Notes: a model not told the origin generated them from the sequence alone. Shown: positions 28,731 through 39,732, numbered from the stretch's first letter. The stretch: DNA of 64,000 nt from a bacterium (GCA_965262815.1 OZ253560.1:1397514-1461513); one strand, 5' to 3'. Program-made: numbers and translations.

Positions 28731-29942
28731 ATGCCCTCCGCCCGATCCCTATTAGAAGACCTCGTTGTTATTGAAGCCGCGAATGTACTGGCCGGTCCGG
28801 CCGTGGGCATGTTCTTCGCGGAACTTGGCGCGACCGTGATCAAAGTGGAGAACATCAGGACCGGCGGTGATACGACCCGTCGCTGGAAACTGCCATCGGA
28901 AGACGCCCGTACCGATGTATCCGCCTACTTCTCTTCGGTCAACTGGGGAAAGCAGTCTATAGGTATTGACCTGTCCGCGTCGGAAGGTCGCGAGGTCATG
29001 GTGGACCTGGTACGACGGGCCGACATCTTCCTGCAGAGTTTCAAATCCGGTGACGCCGAGAAGTTCGGCCTCGACTATACTGCACTGAGCGGAATCAACG
29101 AACGGCTCATCTACGCCGACATAACCGCCTTCGGCGCTGACGACGACCGCCCTGGATTCGACGCCGTGCTTCAGGCGGAGACCGGGTTCACGGGAATGAA
29201 CGGTACGGAGCAAAGCGGACCCGTAAAAATGCCTGTGGCCCTCATAGATCTGCTTCTAGCGCATCAATTGAAAGAAGCCCTCCTGATCGCCCTCATAGAA
29301 CGAATGCGGTCCGGCCGCGGCTCATACAACACGGTCTCGCTCTTCCACGCCGGCGTTGCCTCGCTCGCGAACCAGGCCGCGAACTACCTGGTGGCCGGGA
29401 CCGTACCAGGCCGGGTGGGATCAGACCATCCCAATATCGCGCCATATGGGACGACTTACAGGACTTTAAATGGCGAATCCATCGTGCTGGCTGTCGGTAC
29501 GGACCGGCAGTTTCGGTCCCTGTGCGATGTGCTTGGCGTCATGGAAATGGCCGGCGATCCCCGGTTTCAGTCGAATCAGAAAAGGGTGGAACACCGGGAG
29601 CGGCTGAACAGGTCCCTTTCGGATCGCATTAGCAGGTGGGAACGGGAACCGCTCCTCGATGAACTCCGGGGCCGCAGGGTGCCCGCCGGGGCTGTCCGGT
29701 CCATGAACGAGGTATTCTCACAGGAGTCCACCGAATCCTTGCTGCTTTTCGGAGAACGTTCGGACGGCACGCCCATCAGGGGCGTACGCACCATCGCCTT
29801 CGACAACGATGTAGTGGACTCGGCCGCAAAACTCAATGCGCCGCCGGATTATAACCAGGATGGCAACGATGTACTCGTCGGTCTGCTGGGCTACTCGGAA
29901 GATCGGATTGAAACGCTGAGGGAAGCCGGGGCTATCCAGTGA
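28731..29942 (+). CDS. CaiB/BaiF family III CoA-transferase
   Basis: VLAGP, LGATVIKVE, GDTTR, NWGKQS, PGFD, HPNIAPY. Confidence 0.92.
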   Translation: MPSARSLLEDLVVIEAANVLAGPAVGMFFAELGATVIKVENIRTGGDTTRRWKLPSEDARTDVSAYFSSVNWGKQSIGIDLSASEGREVMVDLVRRADIFLQSFKSGDAEKFGLDYTALSGINERLIYADITAFGADDDRPGFDAVLQAETGFTGMNGTEQSGPVKMPVALIDLLLAHQLKEALLIALIERMRSGRGSYNTVSLFHAGVASLANQAANYLVAGTVPGRVGSDHPNIAPYGTTYRTLNGESIVLAVGTDRQFRSLCDVLGVMEMAGDPRFQSNQKRVEHRERLNRSLSDRISRWEREPLLDELRGRRVPAGAVRSMNEVFSQESTESLLLFGERSDGTPIRGVRTIAFDNDVVDSAAKLNAPPDYNQDGNDVLVGLLGYSEDRIETLREAGAIQ

Positions 29943-30248
29943 ATGGGATTTGAGACCAGACACAGACAGGGATTCCGGTCGATTACGATGACCTTCTGGC
30001 TTTTTCAGGCAAAGAACGCTTTGCATTACATGTTAAAACAGGACGTCCTGCCTGGCAATAATTGTTTGCCTGGAAAGCGGATAATATGGTATATTACCTC
30101 GTGTTTTTCTGGGACATCGGGATCGTCACATTGAGATCAAAATGACTTATACACAGACCATTCTCAGACGCGGTCCAAGCTGACCTGCACAGCTTCTGTG
30201 CGCGGGTCGGAATCGCACACCGAAAGCAGCCCGAACAAGCCAATCGAC

Positions 30249-30641
30249 ATGAGCGAATTGATCATTGTGGGAGACCGGGTCCTCGTCGAACAGCAGGACG
30301 GCGATCAACTGACCGATTCCGGCCTTTACCTGCCCGCCACGGTAACGGAGAAAGAAAAGGTGGGAACCGGTCGCGTGGTTCGGGTTGGACCCGGCCACCT
30401 GATGCCTAATCCAGACTACACGGAAGGCGATCCGGTCACGAAGCCGATGGAATCGGTGCGTTACCTGCCGCTGCAGGCCGAGACCGGCGATTTCGCCTTC
30501 TACCTGCGCAAGGAATCCATCGAAATCAACTACCAGAACAAGACCTATGTCATTGTTCCCCACAACGCCATACTGGCATTGGTCCGATCAGACGGAGACG
30601 ACGTGCTGGGTGACCTGAAGCATCTGCTGGGCGATGAGTAG
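30249..30641 (+). CDS. Stand-alone GroES-family co-chaperonin
   Basis: VGDRVLV, TDSGLYLP, EK..GRVVRVGPG. Confidence 0.85.
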   Translation: MSELIIVGDRVLVEQQDGDQLTDSGLYLPATVTEKEKVGTGRVVRVGPGHLMPNPDYTEGDPVTKPMESVRYLPLQAETGDFAFYLRKESIEINYQNKTYVIVPHNAILALVRSDGDDVLGDLKHLLGDE

Positions 30642-30768
30642 ACCGGTGACCGAAAATCCATTACACGAATAGCAAAAACGGCCATGTGTACCGATAATAA
30701 TCTTCGACGGGATCAGAAACGAGGCGGCAAACTTTAACGCCAGCCACTTTCCAGGAGGAGCACGACCC

Positions 30769-31476
30769 ATGAACAGGACAGCAGCCTATTCGGTTCAGAG
30801 GGAAATCCCCGTAGCACAGCTTGGCGTGGATGTGCGGGGAGCGTTCATTACCCGCACCTATACCCACCTCCTGGGTGCAATCCTGGCCTTTGCGCTGATC
30901 GAGATCTACCTTTTCCAGACCGGCATGGCGGAATCGATCGCCCGGGTATTGCTCGGCGGTTCCTGGTTGATCGTGCTGGGCGGATTCATGATCCTGAGCT
31001 GGATCGCGACCCATTTCGCCCACAGTTCGACGTCTACGGGCGCCCAGTACGGCGCACTGGGGCTCTTTGTCGTAGGCGAAGCGATCATATTCACCCCGCT
31101 GCTATACCTGGCCGAAACCGTGGCGCCGGGCGTGATCGAAAGTGCCGCCACTGTGACGCTTCTCGGGTTTCTCGGGTTGACGATCGTCGCTTTTCATACC
31201 AGGAAGGATTTCTCCTTCCTCGGCGGACTGCTTCGCTGGGGCTTCATTTGCGCGATCGTGTTGATCGTGGCCAGTGTGCTATTCGGCTTTCAGCTTGGAA
31301 CGATCTTTACGGTGGCCATGATCGTCCTGGCCGGCGGTGCGATCCTTTACGACACCTCGAACGTCCTGCACCACTATCCCGAGGACCGGCACGTGGGCGC
31401 GGCACTCCAGCTTTTCGCATCGGTGGCGCTGCTGTTCTGGTATATTCTGCAGTTTTTCCTGGCTTCAAGAGACTGA
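30769..31476 (+). CDS. Bax inhibitor-1/YccA family membrane protein
   Basis: FITRTY.HL, TRKDFSFL, ILYDTSN, AALQLF. Confidence 0.9.
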   Translation: MNRTAAYSVQREIPVAQLGVDVRGAFITRTYTHLLGAILAFALIEIYLFQTGMAESIARVLLGGSWLIVLGGFMILSWIATHFAHSSTSTGAQYGALGLFVVGEAIIFTPLLYLAETVAPGVIESAATVTLLGFLGLTIVAFHTRKDFSFLGGLLRWGFICAIVLIVASVLFGFQLGTIFTVAMIVLAGGAILYDTSNVLHHYPEDRHVGAALQLFASVALLFWYILQFFLASRD

Positions 31477-31540
31477 ATATCGTTTTTTCTCACAATTACA
31501 CCGAACCCGCATAACGCGCGAAGAAAATAGGAGCGTACCA

Positions 31541-32203
31541 ATGAAAACGATTATCCCCCTGATGTTGATTCTGTTGCTTACAGGCTGTGAAGGAAAAACT
31601 GGTCCCGCCGGACCTCAGGGATCCGACGGACCGACGGGCGCGCCCGGTACTGATGGGGCTGTCGGACCGGAAGGGCCTGCCGGACCAGAAGGACCGGAAG
31701 GATCCGAGGGAACCCCAGGTGAAGTACTGGTAATCGACCAGGCCCTGGTCGGATCGTGGAGTCTGCGGGGCACTGATATCGCCGAGACGCTGGCGCAGAA
31801 CCTGCGGGATTACCTGCTGAGTCAGCCGGACCCGAATCTGAATGAGGCAGCCATCGACGCCATCGTCGCCGAATTCTTGCGGGAGATGGAGATGGACCTG
31901 AACAGCTCGCCCATTGCGACCATCCAACTCAACGCGGACGCAACGATCGTAGACAATGGGGGTGTCGAGGGAGTCTGGACCGTCAGTGCAGGGATGCTGA
32001 CTTTGAGACAGGACGACTCCATCGTGTTTCAGGCAAGCTACCAGGTCGAAGGCACCAACCTGACGTTGACTCTGACAAAAGCCCAGATGCTTCAGCTGAT
32101 CACCAGTTCGTCCGAGGAACCCTTGACCGAGGATGACCTCGCTTTCTTCGACGTCATGTTTGGTGAGGACGGTGTTATCAATTACTTCTTTGAACGGGAT
32201 TAA
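31541..32203 (+). CDS. Collagen-like lipoprotein
   Basis: Lipobox LTGC followed by 15 consecutive G-X-Y triplets, then an LVGSW lipocalin-like start. Confidence 0.8.
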   Translation: MKTIIPLMLILLLTGCEGKTGPAGPQGSDGPTGAPGTDGAVGPEGPAGPEGPEGSEGTPGEVLVIDQALVGSWSLRGTDIAETLAQNLRDYLLSQPDPNLNEAAIDAIVAEFLREMEMDLNSSPIATIQLNADATIVDNGGVEGVWTVSAGMLTLRQDDSIVFQASYQVEGTNLTLTLTKAQMLQLITSSSEEPLTEDDLAFFDVMFGEDGVINYFFERD

Positions 32204-32214
32204 ATGAGGACAGC

Positions 32215-32814
32215 ATGCATCCTAGAATAAAGACCATCGGCCGGGAGATCCTATCCTTCGGGCTCATCGCACTGGTATTGCTCGCCGCCCGGTCGACGCT
32301 GGCCGATCACTACACCGTCCCTTCCGGTTCCATGGAGTACACGCTTATGCCGGGCGATCGGATCTTTGTAGCCAAGTATTCCTACGGATTCCGCGTACCA
32401 TTCACGGACTGGAAACTCACCCAGGGCCGCGATGTGGTACGCGGCGAAGTGGTCGTGTTCGATTCGCCCGTGGAGGACATCCGCCTCGTGAAGCGGATTG
32501 TCGCGGTGGAAGGCGACACCGTTTCCATCCGCAGCGGACAGGTTTCCATCAACGGAGTCCCGATGGGGTTAACCTCGGATCTGCGCGAAGAATTCTACGG
32601 TGAACGCCGGATCCGTCTGAACCAGAGCTACAGTGGCGGGGAGGATTTCGGTCCGACGGCCATCCCCCCCGGATTTCTCCTGGCCATAGGAGATGCCAGG
32701 GGGAACAGCAAGGACGGCCGCGCCTTCGGATTCATTTCGGAGGATGCAGTTTACGGCAGGGCCGTGGCTGTCTACTACCGGAGCGGCGACGGCCTGTGCT
32801 GGCTGAAGCTGTAG
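32215..32814 (+). CDS. lepB: Signal peptidase I
   Basis: VPSGSM..TL..GD, LVKRIV, GD.RGNSKDGR.FG. Confidence 0.92.
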   Translation: MHPRIKTIGREILSFGLIALVLLAARSTLADHYTVPSGSMEYTLMPGDRIFVAKYSYGFRVPFTDWKLTQGRDVVRGEVVVFDSPVEDIRLVKRIVAVEGDTVSIRSGQVSINGVPMGLTSDLREEFYGERRIRLNQSYSGGEDFGPTAIPPGFLLAIGDARGNSKDGRAFGFISEDAVYGRAVAVYYRSGDGLCWLKL

Positions 32815-32827
32815 GGAAACACGGTGC

Positions 32828-35191
32828 CTACCGCGTTTCCGTCTTCGCATCCTGCGCTTCCTTCTCCTTTTCCTCTGCCCTGTTCTGCCGCTGCATCGGG
32901 TTCTCCGGCGTCTGCTGGCGCTGTTTGAACAGTTGGAAACGCGTGGGCTTCGATTGCGGCGGCCAGACGTTGTTGCCCAGGTCGGTATCCGCGGTCTCCA
33001 GGAATGGATCGAGGGTGATCCGTTCCACCGGCTGGTCCATGGCAAACACCTTGGTTACACGGTCGTCCCGCAGTCGCCATATCTCCACCGGAATCTGCTG
33101 CACTTCCTTGGTACCGTCCTCGAATTCGAACTCCAGGATCAAGGGCATCACCATCCCGCCGATATTCTCGAAGGTCAGTTCGTAAAAGTGCTTGTCGCTT
33201 TCCAGCAAGGCCATGTCCTCGGAGTCCAGTCGCTTCAGGTAATTCTCGTACTCCTCACGGTCGAGGATGGATACTGCGAAAGGATCGTACTTGTTGTAGA
33301 AATCGACCAGCGTCGAATCCTGTTTGACCATCGGGGCCGATATGTCGGACTGGTTTCGCGTGTGCCCGATACCCCTGTTCTCTTCGTCTGTGCTTGCCCG
33401 GGAGATTTCCTTCTCCACTTCCGGATTCCGGGTATTGATTTGGAACCATTTCACCTCACCCAGCCCGATATCCACGTGGTCCGTTCCGTAAAACCATCCA
33501 CGCCAGAACCAGTCCAGGTCCACCGCGGACGCATCTTCCAGGCTGCGGAAGAAATCCTCGGGGGAAGGATGCTTGAACATCCAGCGCTGTGAATAACTGC
33601 GGAAGGCATGGTCGAACAGCTGTCGCCCCATGATCGTCTCCCGGAGGATGTTCAACCCGGTGGCGGTCTTGGCGTAGGCGTTGGCGCCGAGTTGGAAGAC
33701 GGACTCCGAGTTGGTCATGATCGGAGATATCCGCGTCTGGTCGCCCTTCATGTAACCCACGATCCGGTGGGCCGGGCCGCGGCGTGACGGATACTCGGTG
33801 TCCCATTCCTGTTCCGCCAGGTACTGGAGAAAGGTGTTCAGCCCTTCATCCATCCAAGTCCACTGCCGTTCGTCCGAATTGACGATCATGGGAAAGTAGT
33901 TGTGGCCGACTTCGTGGATGATGACGCTGATCATGCCGTACTTGGTCCGCTCGCTGTAGGTGCCGTCTTTTTCCGGCCGGCCGCCGTTGAAGCAGATCAT
34001 GGGGTATTCCATGCCGATACGGTTCGTATGCACAGATATGGCCGTGGGATAGGGATAGTAAAAGGTGTATTTCGAATAGACGTCGAGCGTATGGGCTACC
34101 ACCTTGGTGGAATACCGTTCCCAGAGCGGGTTGCCTTCCTTGGGATAGTAGGACATGGCCATGACTTTCTGGGGTCCGGATTGAACCCCCATGGCGTCCC
34201 AGATGAACTTGCGTGAACTGGCGAAGGCGAAATCCCGGACGTTATCACCGTGGAACACCCAGGTTTTCTTTTCCGTCGCCCGTCCTTTTTCCGCTTCGAT
34301 CGCTTCTTCTTCGGTAACGATCATGACGGGATCGTCCGCCGTTTGGGACCGGTCAAACCGCGCCTGCTGCTCCGCGGTCAGCACATCCTTCGGATTCTTG
34401 AGTACGCCCGTGGCCGCGACGATATGATCGGCCGGTACCGTAATGCTGAACTTGTAGTCCCCGAAGGGCAGGGTGAACTCACCCCGGCCCAGGAATTGCT
34501 TGTGCTGCCAGCCTTCCACCTCGTTGTACACTGCCATGCGGGGAAAGAACTGGGCGATCGCGTACAGGTAGTTATCGTCTTCCTCGAAGTACTCGTAACC
34601 CGATCGGCCGCCGATTTTCATCCGGTCGTTGATGTTGTACCACCACTTGATCTTGAAGGTATAGGACTTGCCCGGCCGGAGTGGTTCGGGTATGTCCACG
34701 CGCATCATCGTCTTGTTGATGGTATGGGGAAGGGGGTTGTCGCGACGGTCCCGCACCCACTCGATTTTGAACCCGCCGTCGAAGTCGTTCAACAGCCGCC
34801 GCAACTGGGAAAAGCTCATCTGTCCAGATACCCGGCTGCCCGAGATTTTACGGGTGTCCGACTCCTTGGCGCGTACGTTCTGGTCGAGTTGCACCCAGAG
34901 ATAGGACAGTTCGTCCGGCGAGTTGTTGTGATAGGTTATGGTCTCGGTACCATGAAGCCGTTGGGTCGCATCGTCCAACTCGATCTGCATCTCGTAGTCC
35001 GCTTCGTTCTGCCAGTACAGGTGGCCAGGCGCACCGGAAGCCGTCCGGTAAACGTTGGGGGTCGGGGCCTCCTGCTTGATCTGGCGGAACTTGCTCCGGT
35101 TGATCGATTCGGGGCCCTTCTGGGCCGAAACGGTGGTAGAGAGGCACGCGATGCTCAATATGCACAGGAAATACAAAAGGCGCTTCGCCAT
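32828..35191 (-). CDS. M1 family aminopeptidase (secreted)
   Basis: GMEYP, HEVGH followed by MDEG, signal peptide. Confidence 0.92.
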   Translation of the reverse strand: MAKRLLYFLCILSIACLSTTVSAQKGPESINRSKFRQIKQEAPTPNVYRTASGAPGHLYWQNEADYEMQIELDDATQRLHGTETITYHNNSPDELSYLWVQLDQNVRAKESDTRKISGSRVSGQMSFSQLRRLLNDFDGGFKIEWVRDRRDNPLPHTINKTMMRVDIPEPLRPGKSYTFKIKWWYNINDRMKIGGRSGYEYFEEDDNYLYAIAQFFPRMAVYNEVEGWQHKQFLGRGEFTLPFGDYKFSITVPADHIVAATGVLKNPKDVLTAEQQARFDRSQTADDPVMIVTEEEAIEAEKGRATEKKTWVFHGDNVRDFAFASSRKFIWDAMGVQSGPQKVMAMSYYPKEGNPLWERYSTKVVAHTLDVYSKYTFYYPYPTAISVHTNRIGMEYPMICFNGGRPEKDGTYSERTKYGMISVIIHEVGHNYFPMIVNSDERQWTWMDEGLNTFLQYLAEQEWDTEYPSRRGPAHRIVGYMKGDQTRISPIMTNSESVFQLGANAYAKTATGLNILRETIMGRQLFDHAFRSYSQRWMFKHPSPEDFFRSLEDASAVDLDWFWRGWFYGTDHVDIGLGEVKWFQINTRNPEVEKEISRASTDEENRGIGHTRNQSDISAPMVKQDSTLVDFYNKYDPFAVSILDREEYENYLKRLDSEDMALLESDKHFYELTFENIGGMVMPLILEFEFEDGTKEVQQIPVEIWRLRDDRVTKVFAMDQPVERITLDPFLETADTDLGNNVWPPQSKPTRFQLFKQRQQTPENPMQRQNRAEEKEKEAQDAKTETR

Positions 35192-35498
35192 GAAAATCCT
35201 CCTGGAATTCGTGTTTTCATCCGCATTTCGGAATATAATGATGGTATGAATACGACAACTGGGGAATATAAACAGTGACCGGGATCGTGTAAAGCACAAC
35301 CCGACTGGATAGGGGTTTGACTGCAAGGAACCACGTTTTAAAGGCGGGTCCGGACCAAAGATGCCATGATTCCAGGGTGGGTCCGGGCCAAAGGCGTCCG
35401 GTCTCAATTTAGTGCGGGTAGAATCTGTTTGCGGCGTCGGAAGAGTTCGGATAAGTTCAAATTACACGGCCCGCACTGGTTCTCCGTACCAAATCGGG

Positions 35499-36071
35499 AT
35501 GAGCGGAATGCGATCACGACACCCCTTAATCCGTCTCACGGCCATGCTGCTGGCCGGCGCGATGCTGGTCGGCACGAAGCCGGCGACCGAAGCCAAGCCA
35601 ACCGTCTCTACGGACTCTCAGTCACCTGGAGCCCACCCATTCTACATCAGTATATGCCAGATCGATCACAACCCCGGTACGGACGCGCTGGAAATGTCAT
35701 TCCGCATCTTCACGGACGACCTGGAACAAGCTCTTGAATCGATAGGAACGGACCGGCTTCACCTGGGTACGGAGCGCGAAGCGGAGAAAGCGGATCTATA
35801 CATCGGCCGTTATCTCGCGCGTCACGTCGAATTCCAGGTAAACGGCAGCCGGGTCAACGCGGCTTTTCTCGGCAAGGAAGTGGACACCGAGGCGACCTGG
35901 TGCTACGTGGAGATCGCGGACATACCGGACCTGGACTCCATGACCGTCACGAATACGCTGCTTCTCGAGACTTTCGAAGACCAGGTCAATCTCGTCCATG
36001 TCAATGCCAACGATCAGAAAAAGAGCCTGGTGTTCAACAGGCAGTTGGTCAGGCAGACGCTGGACTTCTGA
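35499..36071 (+). CDS. DUF6702-like exported protein
   Basis: AHPFYIS, RIFTDDLE, N.LL.E.F.DQ.N.VH; divergent from the M1 peptidase. Confidence 0.7.
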   Translation: MSGMRSRHPLIRLTAMLLAGAMLVGTKPATEAKPTVSTDSQSPGAHPFYISICQIDHNPGTDALEMSFRIFTDDLEQALESIGTDRLHLGTEREAEKADLYIGRYLARHVEFQVNGSRVNAAFLGKEVDTEATWCYVEIADIPDLDSMTVTNTLLLETFEDQVNLVHVNANDQKKSLVFNRQLVRQTLDF

Positions 36072-36113
36072 GCCCCAAGCTTCGACCGACGCCAAATCAT
36101 TCGAGCCGAGTCC

Positions 36114-36626
36114 ATGTCCCAACAAGCGCGTGATGCCGCCGTCATCGTCGAGATGAATGAGTTTCCCGGACTGAGCGTGGACCTGGGGACCATTGTCGCC
36201 ACTTCGGGCGGGTACGACCCCCTCCATCCCGGGCATGCTTCCTGCCTGCTGGATTCATCCCGTTACGGAGATACACTGGTCGTCATCGTGAACGGGGACG
36301 GATTCCTTCGCCGCAAAAAGGGCAAGCCCTTCATGGACCTCAAGGCCCGTTGCCAGGTTGTCTCCTGTATGCGAACCGTGGATTTCGTCATTCCCTTCGA
36401 GATCGAAGACGACGACACGGTCTGCGAGGCCCTGCGGGTGATCCGGCCCCATGTGTTCACCAAGGGCGGCGACCGGACCGACATGTCCAATATACCCGAA
36501 TGGAGCGTCTGCACGGAACTTGGGATCGAAGTGATTTCGGGCGTGGGGCTGGACAAGGCCTGGAGCAGTTCCGACTACCTGGAAACCTGGGGTCGGTTCT
36601 GGTCGGAACAGGCGGGACGTTCCTGA
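36114..36626 (+). CDS. Cytidylyltransferase-like protein (HxGH)
   Basis: SGGYDPLHPGH, VIVNGD, KGGDR, SSS. Confidence 0.85.
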   Translation: MSQQARDAAVIVEMNEFPGLSVDLGTIVATSGGYDPLHPGHASCLLDSSRYGDTLVVIVNGDGFLRRKKGKPFMDLKARCQVVSCMRTVDFVIPFEIEDDDTVCEALRVIRPHVFTKGGDRTDMSNIPEWSVCTELGIEVISGVGLDKAWSSSDYLETWGRFWSEQAGRS

Positions 36627-36639
36627 CGCCGCCGGTTCC

Positions 36640-37641
36640 CTAGCCGATTTCTCCCGCTTCCAGCATGGAAAGGAAGGCGGAGTCGTCCACGGCGAGGGGA
36701 AGATGAACGCGGCCGCGCCTGCGGCTCGATTCGTAGGTTGCGAAGATCAGTTCGGTCGCCTTCAGGGCCCGGCCGCTGTCCAGTTCCGGCGTTCGACCCT
36801 TGTCGAGGGCATCGACCAGGTCGAGTACGGTCGATACCGTTGCGTCCTCGTTGCCGGTTTCTTCAAGCGGAGGTTTTTCCCAGGCTGTGCCGCCATGCCG
36901 CATAAAACGGAGAGGCGTGTCTTCGTCCACGCCGACGTCGATGATCCCGTCCGTACCGATAAGTCGATTGGCAGGTCCGTTCATCCCCGCGGCGCCGGTG
37001 GCGAGCATCCCTTCCACCCCGTTTTTCCACCTGATCCACGATATCCCGGCAGAGTCAATGGGAATACCGAATGCCTTCCTGTCTTCGGACGCGTCGATCT
37101 GTCCCAGGACCCATTCCGCCGGCGCTTCATCATTGTAGAAGAAGAACATGTCGAACCAGTGGGTGCCCCAGTCGAACAGGTTGGAGCAGGTGGCTTCGAG
37201 CCGGACGAGTTCGCCGACGGCGCCTTCTTTCAACAAGCGCCGAGCCGTTAGGAAAAGGGCTTCGAACCGACGCTGGTGGCAGCAGGTGAGCAACGCGCCG
37301 TGCTCGCGGCATACGCGATCCATGGCCTTGGCTTCACCCCAGGTGGGCGCCATGGGTTTCTCGCAGTGCACAGCTTTCACACCCCGGCCCACCGACGCGA
37401 GCACCATCTCGCCATGATCGGCAGGCCAGGTGCAGATGCTGACGATGTCGAGCTGTTCACTCTCGAGCATGTCGCGGTAGCTTTTGTAGGTACGGGGCAC
37501 CTCGAAATCTTCCTGAAACGCCCATCGGGCTTCCCCCACGGGATCCGCGCAGGCCACGATCTCGGCTTGGGGACACGTCAAGTAACCCTGGGCGTGCCTC
37601 TTGCCCCTTCCTCCGCAACCTATTATGCCGACCCTGTACAT
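36640..37641 (-). CDS. Gfo/Idh/MocA oxidoreductase
   Basis: GCGGRG, CEKPMA, HQRRF, DWGTH. Confidence 0.92.
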   Translation of the reverse strand: MYRVGIIGCGGRGKRHAQGYLTCPQAEIVACADPVGEARWAFQEDFEVPRTYKSYRDMLESEQLDIVSICTWPADHGEMVLASVGRGVKAVHCEKPMAPTWGEAKAMDRVCREHGALLTCCHQRRFEALFLTARRLLKEGAVGELVRLEATCSNLFDWGTHWFDMFFFYNDEAPAEWVLGQIDASEDRKAFGIPIDSAGISWIRWKNGVEGMLATGAAGMNGPANRLIGTDGIIDVGVDEDTPLRFMRHGGTAWEKPPLEETGNEDATVSTVLDLVDALDKGRTPELDSGRALKATELIFATYESSRRRGRVHLPLAVDDSAFLSMLEAGEIG

Positions 37642-37834
37642 AGCGATCTCCCGTTTACGGACCCGGCCGCTCATGGCAAGGCCACGATGTTGTATTTGTT
37701 TCTTGTCCAGCGTCCGGTGCCACCATATAATCCACCATATACCGAATGCATGAATGTACCTGTCGTACTTGCAGGCAATATAAACGCTGGATCGGGGAAA
37801 TCACCCTCATTCTCTCGACTGTTCCGGAGGATAA

Positions 37835-38938
37835 ATGGCCAGAAAATACCGTGCCGCCGTGATCGGACTGGGCCGCATGGGCAGTACCTTCGACGATGAA
37901 ATAGACCAGGGCGGATCTGTTTTCCTGCCTTACTGCCACGCGCCATCCTATCACGCCGCACCCGACGTGGACCTGGTCGCCGGGGCAGATCCCCACGACG
38001 AACAGCGGTCTATTTTCGGCGTACGCTGGGGTTTGGAAGACCACCATCTGTACGCTGACTATCGTGATTTGCTCGAGAAGGTAAAACCCGATTTGCTGAG
38101 CGTTTGCACCACGGCGCGGATACGATCCCAAATCGTTCAGGACGCCGCCAGGGCCGGCGTTAAGGCCATCTGGGCCGAGAAGCCGATCGCCCTTACCCTG
38201 GCCGAGGCGGATGCCATGGTGGAGACCTGCGCGGACCACGGGGTCGCCCTGGCCATCAATTGCGCCCGGCGATGGCATCCTTTCTTCGCCCGTGCGAAGA
38301 CCATGATCGAAGAAGATGAACTCGGCGAGATCGTCCAGGTGACGGGTTACGGCCAGTGCGGTCTTTCTCATAACGGCAGCCACCTCATCGATATCGTCCG
38401 GTACATGGCCGGCGGAAGGGTGGAATGGGTATACGGCGAGATGGAATCGGACGAGGCGGCCGCGGGCGAGAAGGACCTGATGGGCAACGGATACCTGGCT
38501 TTCGACAACGATGTACGAGCCTATATCCGCGGCATGAACTGCGGGATCTCGAACTGGGAAATCGACGTCCTGGGCACTATGGGCCGCTTCCGCTCGATCG
38601 CGAACGGCCAGGACGTTGAACTGACCAAACTGCACGCAGGGGGCTTGCGCGGCAGAGGCGTACCTGCGCGGATTCCCTTTCCCTGGCCCGCCCGCAACCC
38701 CGCGATGGGACTTGCGATCGTATCGGACCTGGTCTCGGCCATAGAAAACGGCCATCCACCGAAGTGTTCCGGGAAAGACGGGCGGGAAGCCCTGGAGGTG
38801 GCCGTCGCCCTCCGCGAATCTCACCGCCGGGGCGGACAGAAGGTCCATCTCCCGCTGGAGGACCGCGGCCTGGGTATCCTTTCCTCGGAAATACACCGGG
38901 ACGACGTGCCCGCGCGCGTGCGGCGTCTTCAGGGTTAG
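37835..38938 (+). CDS. Gfo/Idh/MocA oxidoreductase
   Basis: GLGRMG, AEKPIA, HNGSHLID. Confidence 0.92.
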   Translation: MARKYRAAVIGLGRMGSTFDDEIDQGGSVFLPYCHAPSYHAAPDVDLVAGADPHDEQRSIFGVRWGLEDHHLYADYRDLLEKVKPDLLSVCTTARIRSQIVQDAARAGVKAIWAEKPIALTLAEADAMVETCADHGVALAINCARRWHPFFARAKTMIEEDELGEIVQVTGYGQCGLSHNGSHLIDIVRYMAGGRVEWVYGEMESDEAAAGEKDLMGNGYLAFDNDVRAYIRGMNCGISNWEIDVLGTMGRFRSIANGQDVELTKLHAGGLRGRGVPARIPFPWPARNPAMGLAIVSDLVSAIENGHPPKCSGKDGREALEVAVALRESHRRGGQKVHLPLEDRGLGILSSEIHRDDVPARVRRLQG

Positions 38939-38967
38939 AATACATTAGCGATGAAAGAGGAGATGAG

Positions 38968-39732
38968 ATGAAGCTCGGGTTCGTAACCTACCAGATCGGC
39001 AGGGACTGGGATGTGCCGGCCATCATCGACATGTGCGGCAGAACGGGTTTTACGGGAGTGGAACTGCGCACGACCCACGCCCACGGCGTGGAAACCGAGT
39101 TGAGTTCGAGCAAACGGAGGGACGTCCGAAGGCAGTTCGAGGACGGAGGCGTGGATCTCGTGGGACTGGGTACGGCCTTCGAGTACCACGCGGTCGACCC
39201 GGCCGAAGTACGTCAGAATATCGAAGGAACGTTCGAATACGCGAAGCTGGCGGCCGACCTGGGGTGTCCGGGCGTCAAGGTGAGGCCGAACGGGCTGCAG
39301 ACGGAAAAGGGCGTCCCGGAAGAAAAGACCCTCGAACAGATCGGAAGAGCCATCGGGGAATGCGCGGAAGCGGCCGACGGCCTCGGCGTCCAGATCCGGG
39401 TCGAGGTGCACGGCAGGGACACGCAGGAACCGCGGCGCATGCGGGCCATCATGGATCACGCCGATCATCCCAATGCGCGTATCTGCTGGAACTCCAACTT
39501 CGGCGAGGTCGTGGACGGGTCCATCGTGAAAAACTATCGATTGCTGAGCCACAAGATCGGCCTGGTCCATATCACCGAGATCTACCGTTCCGAGTATCCG
39601 TGGCTCGAATTGTTCCGCCTGCTCAAAGCAGACGGCTACGACGGCTATACGCTCGCCGAGATCGCCCACAGTCCCGAACCTGAACGACTGATGGGCTACT
39701 ACAGGGCCCTCTGGCAGGCCTACCAGGAATGA
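38968..39732 (+). CDS. Sugar phosphate isomerase/epimerase (AP endonuclease 2 TIM barrel)
   Basis: GVELR, VEVHG, VHI, GYTLAE. Confidence 0.85.
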   Translation: MKLGFVTYQIGRDWDVPAIIDMCGRTGFTGVELRTTHAHGVETELSSSKRRDVRRQFEDGGVDLVGLGTAFEYHAVDPAEVRQNIEGTFEYAKLAADLGCPGVKVRPNGLQTEKGVPEEKTLEQIGRAIGECAEAADGLGVQIRVEVHGRDTQEPRRMRAIMDHADHPNARICWNSNFGEVVDGSIVKNYRLLSHKIGLVHITEIYRSEYPWLELFRLLKADGYDGYTLAEIAHSPEPERLMGYYRALWQAYQE

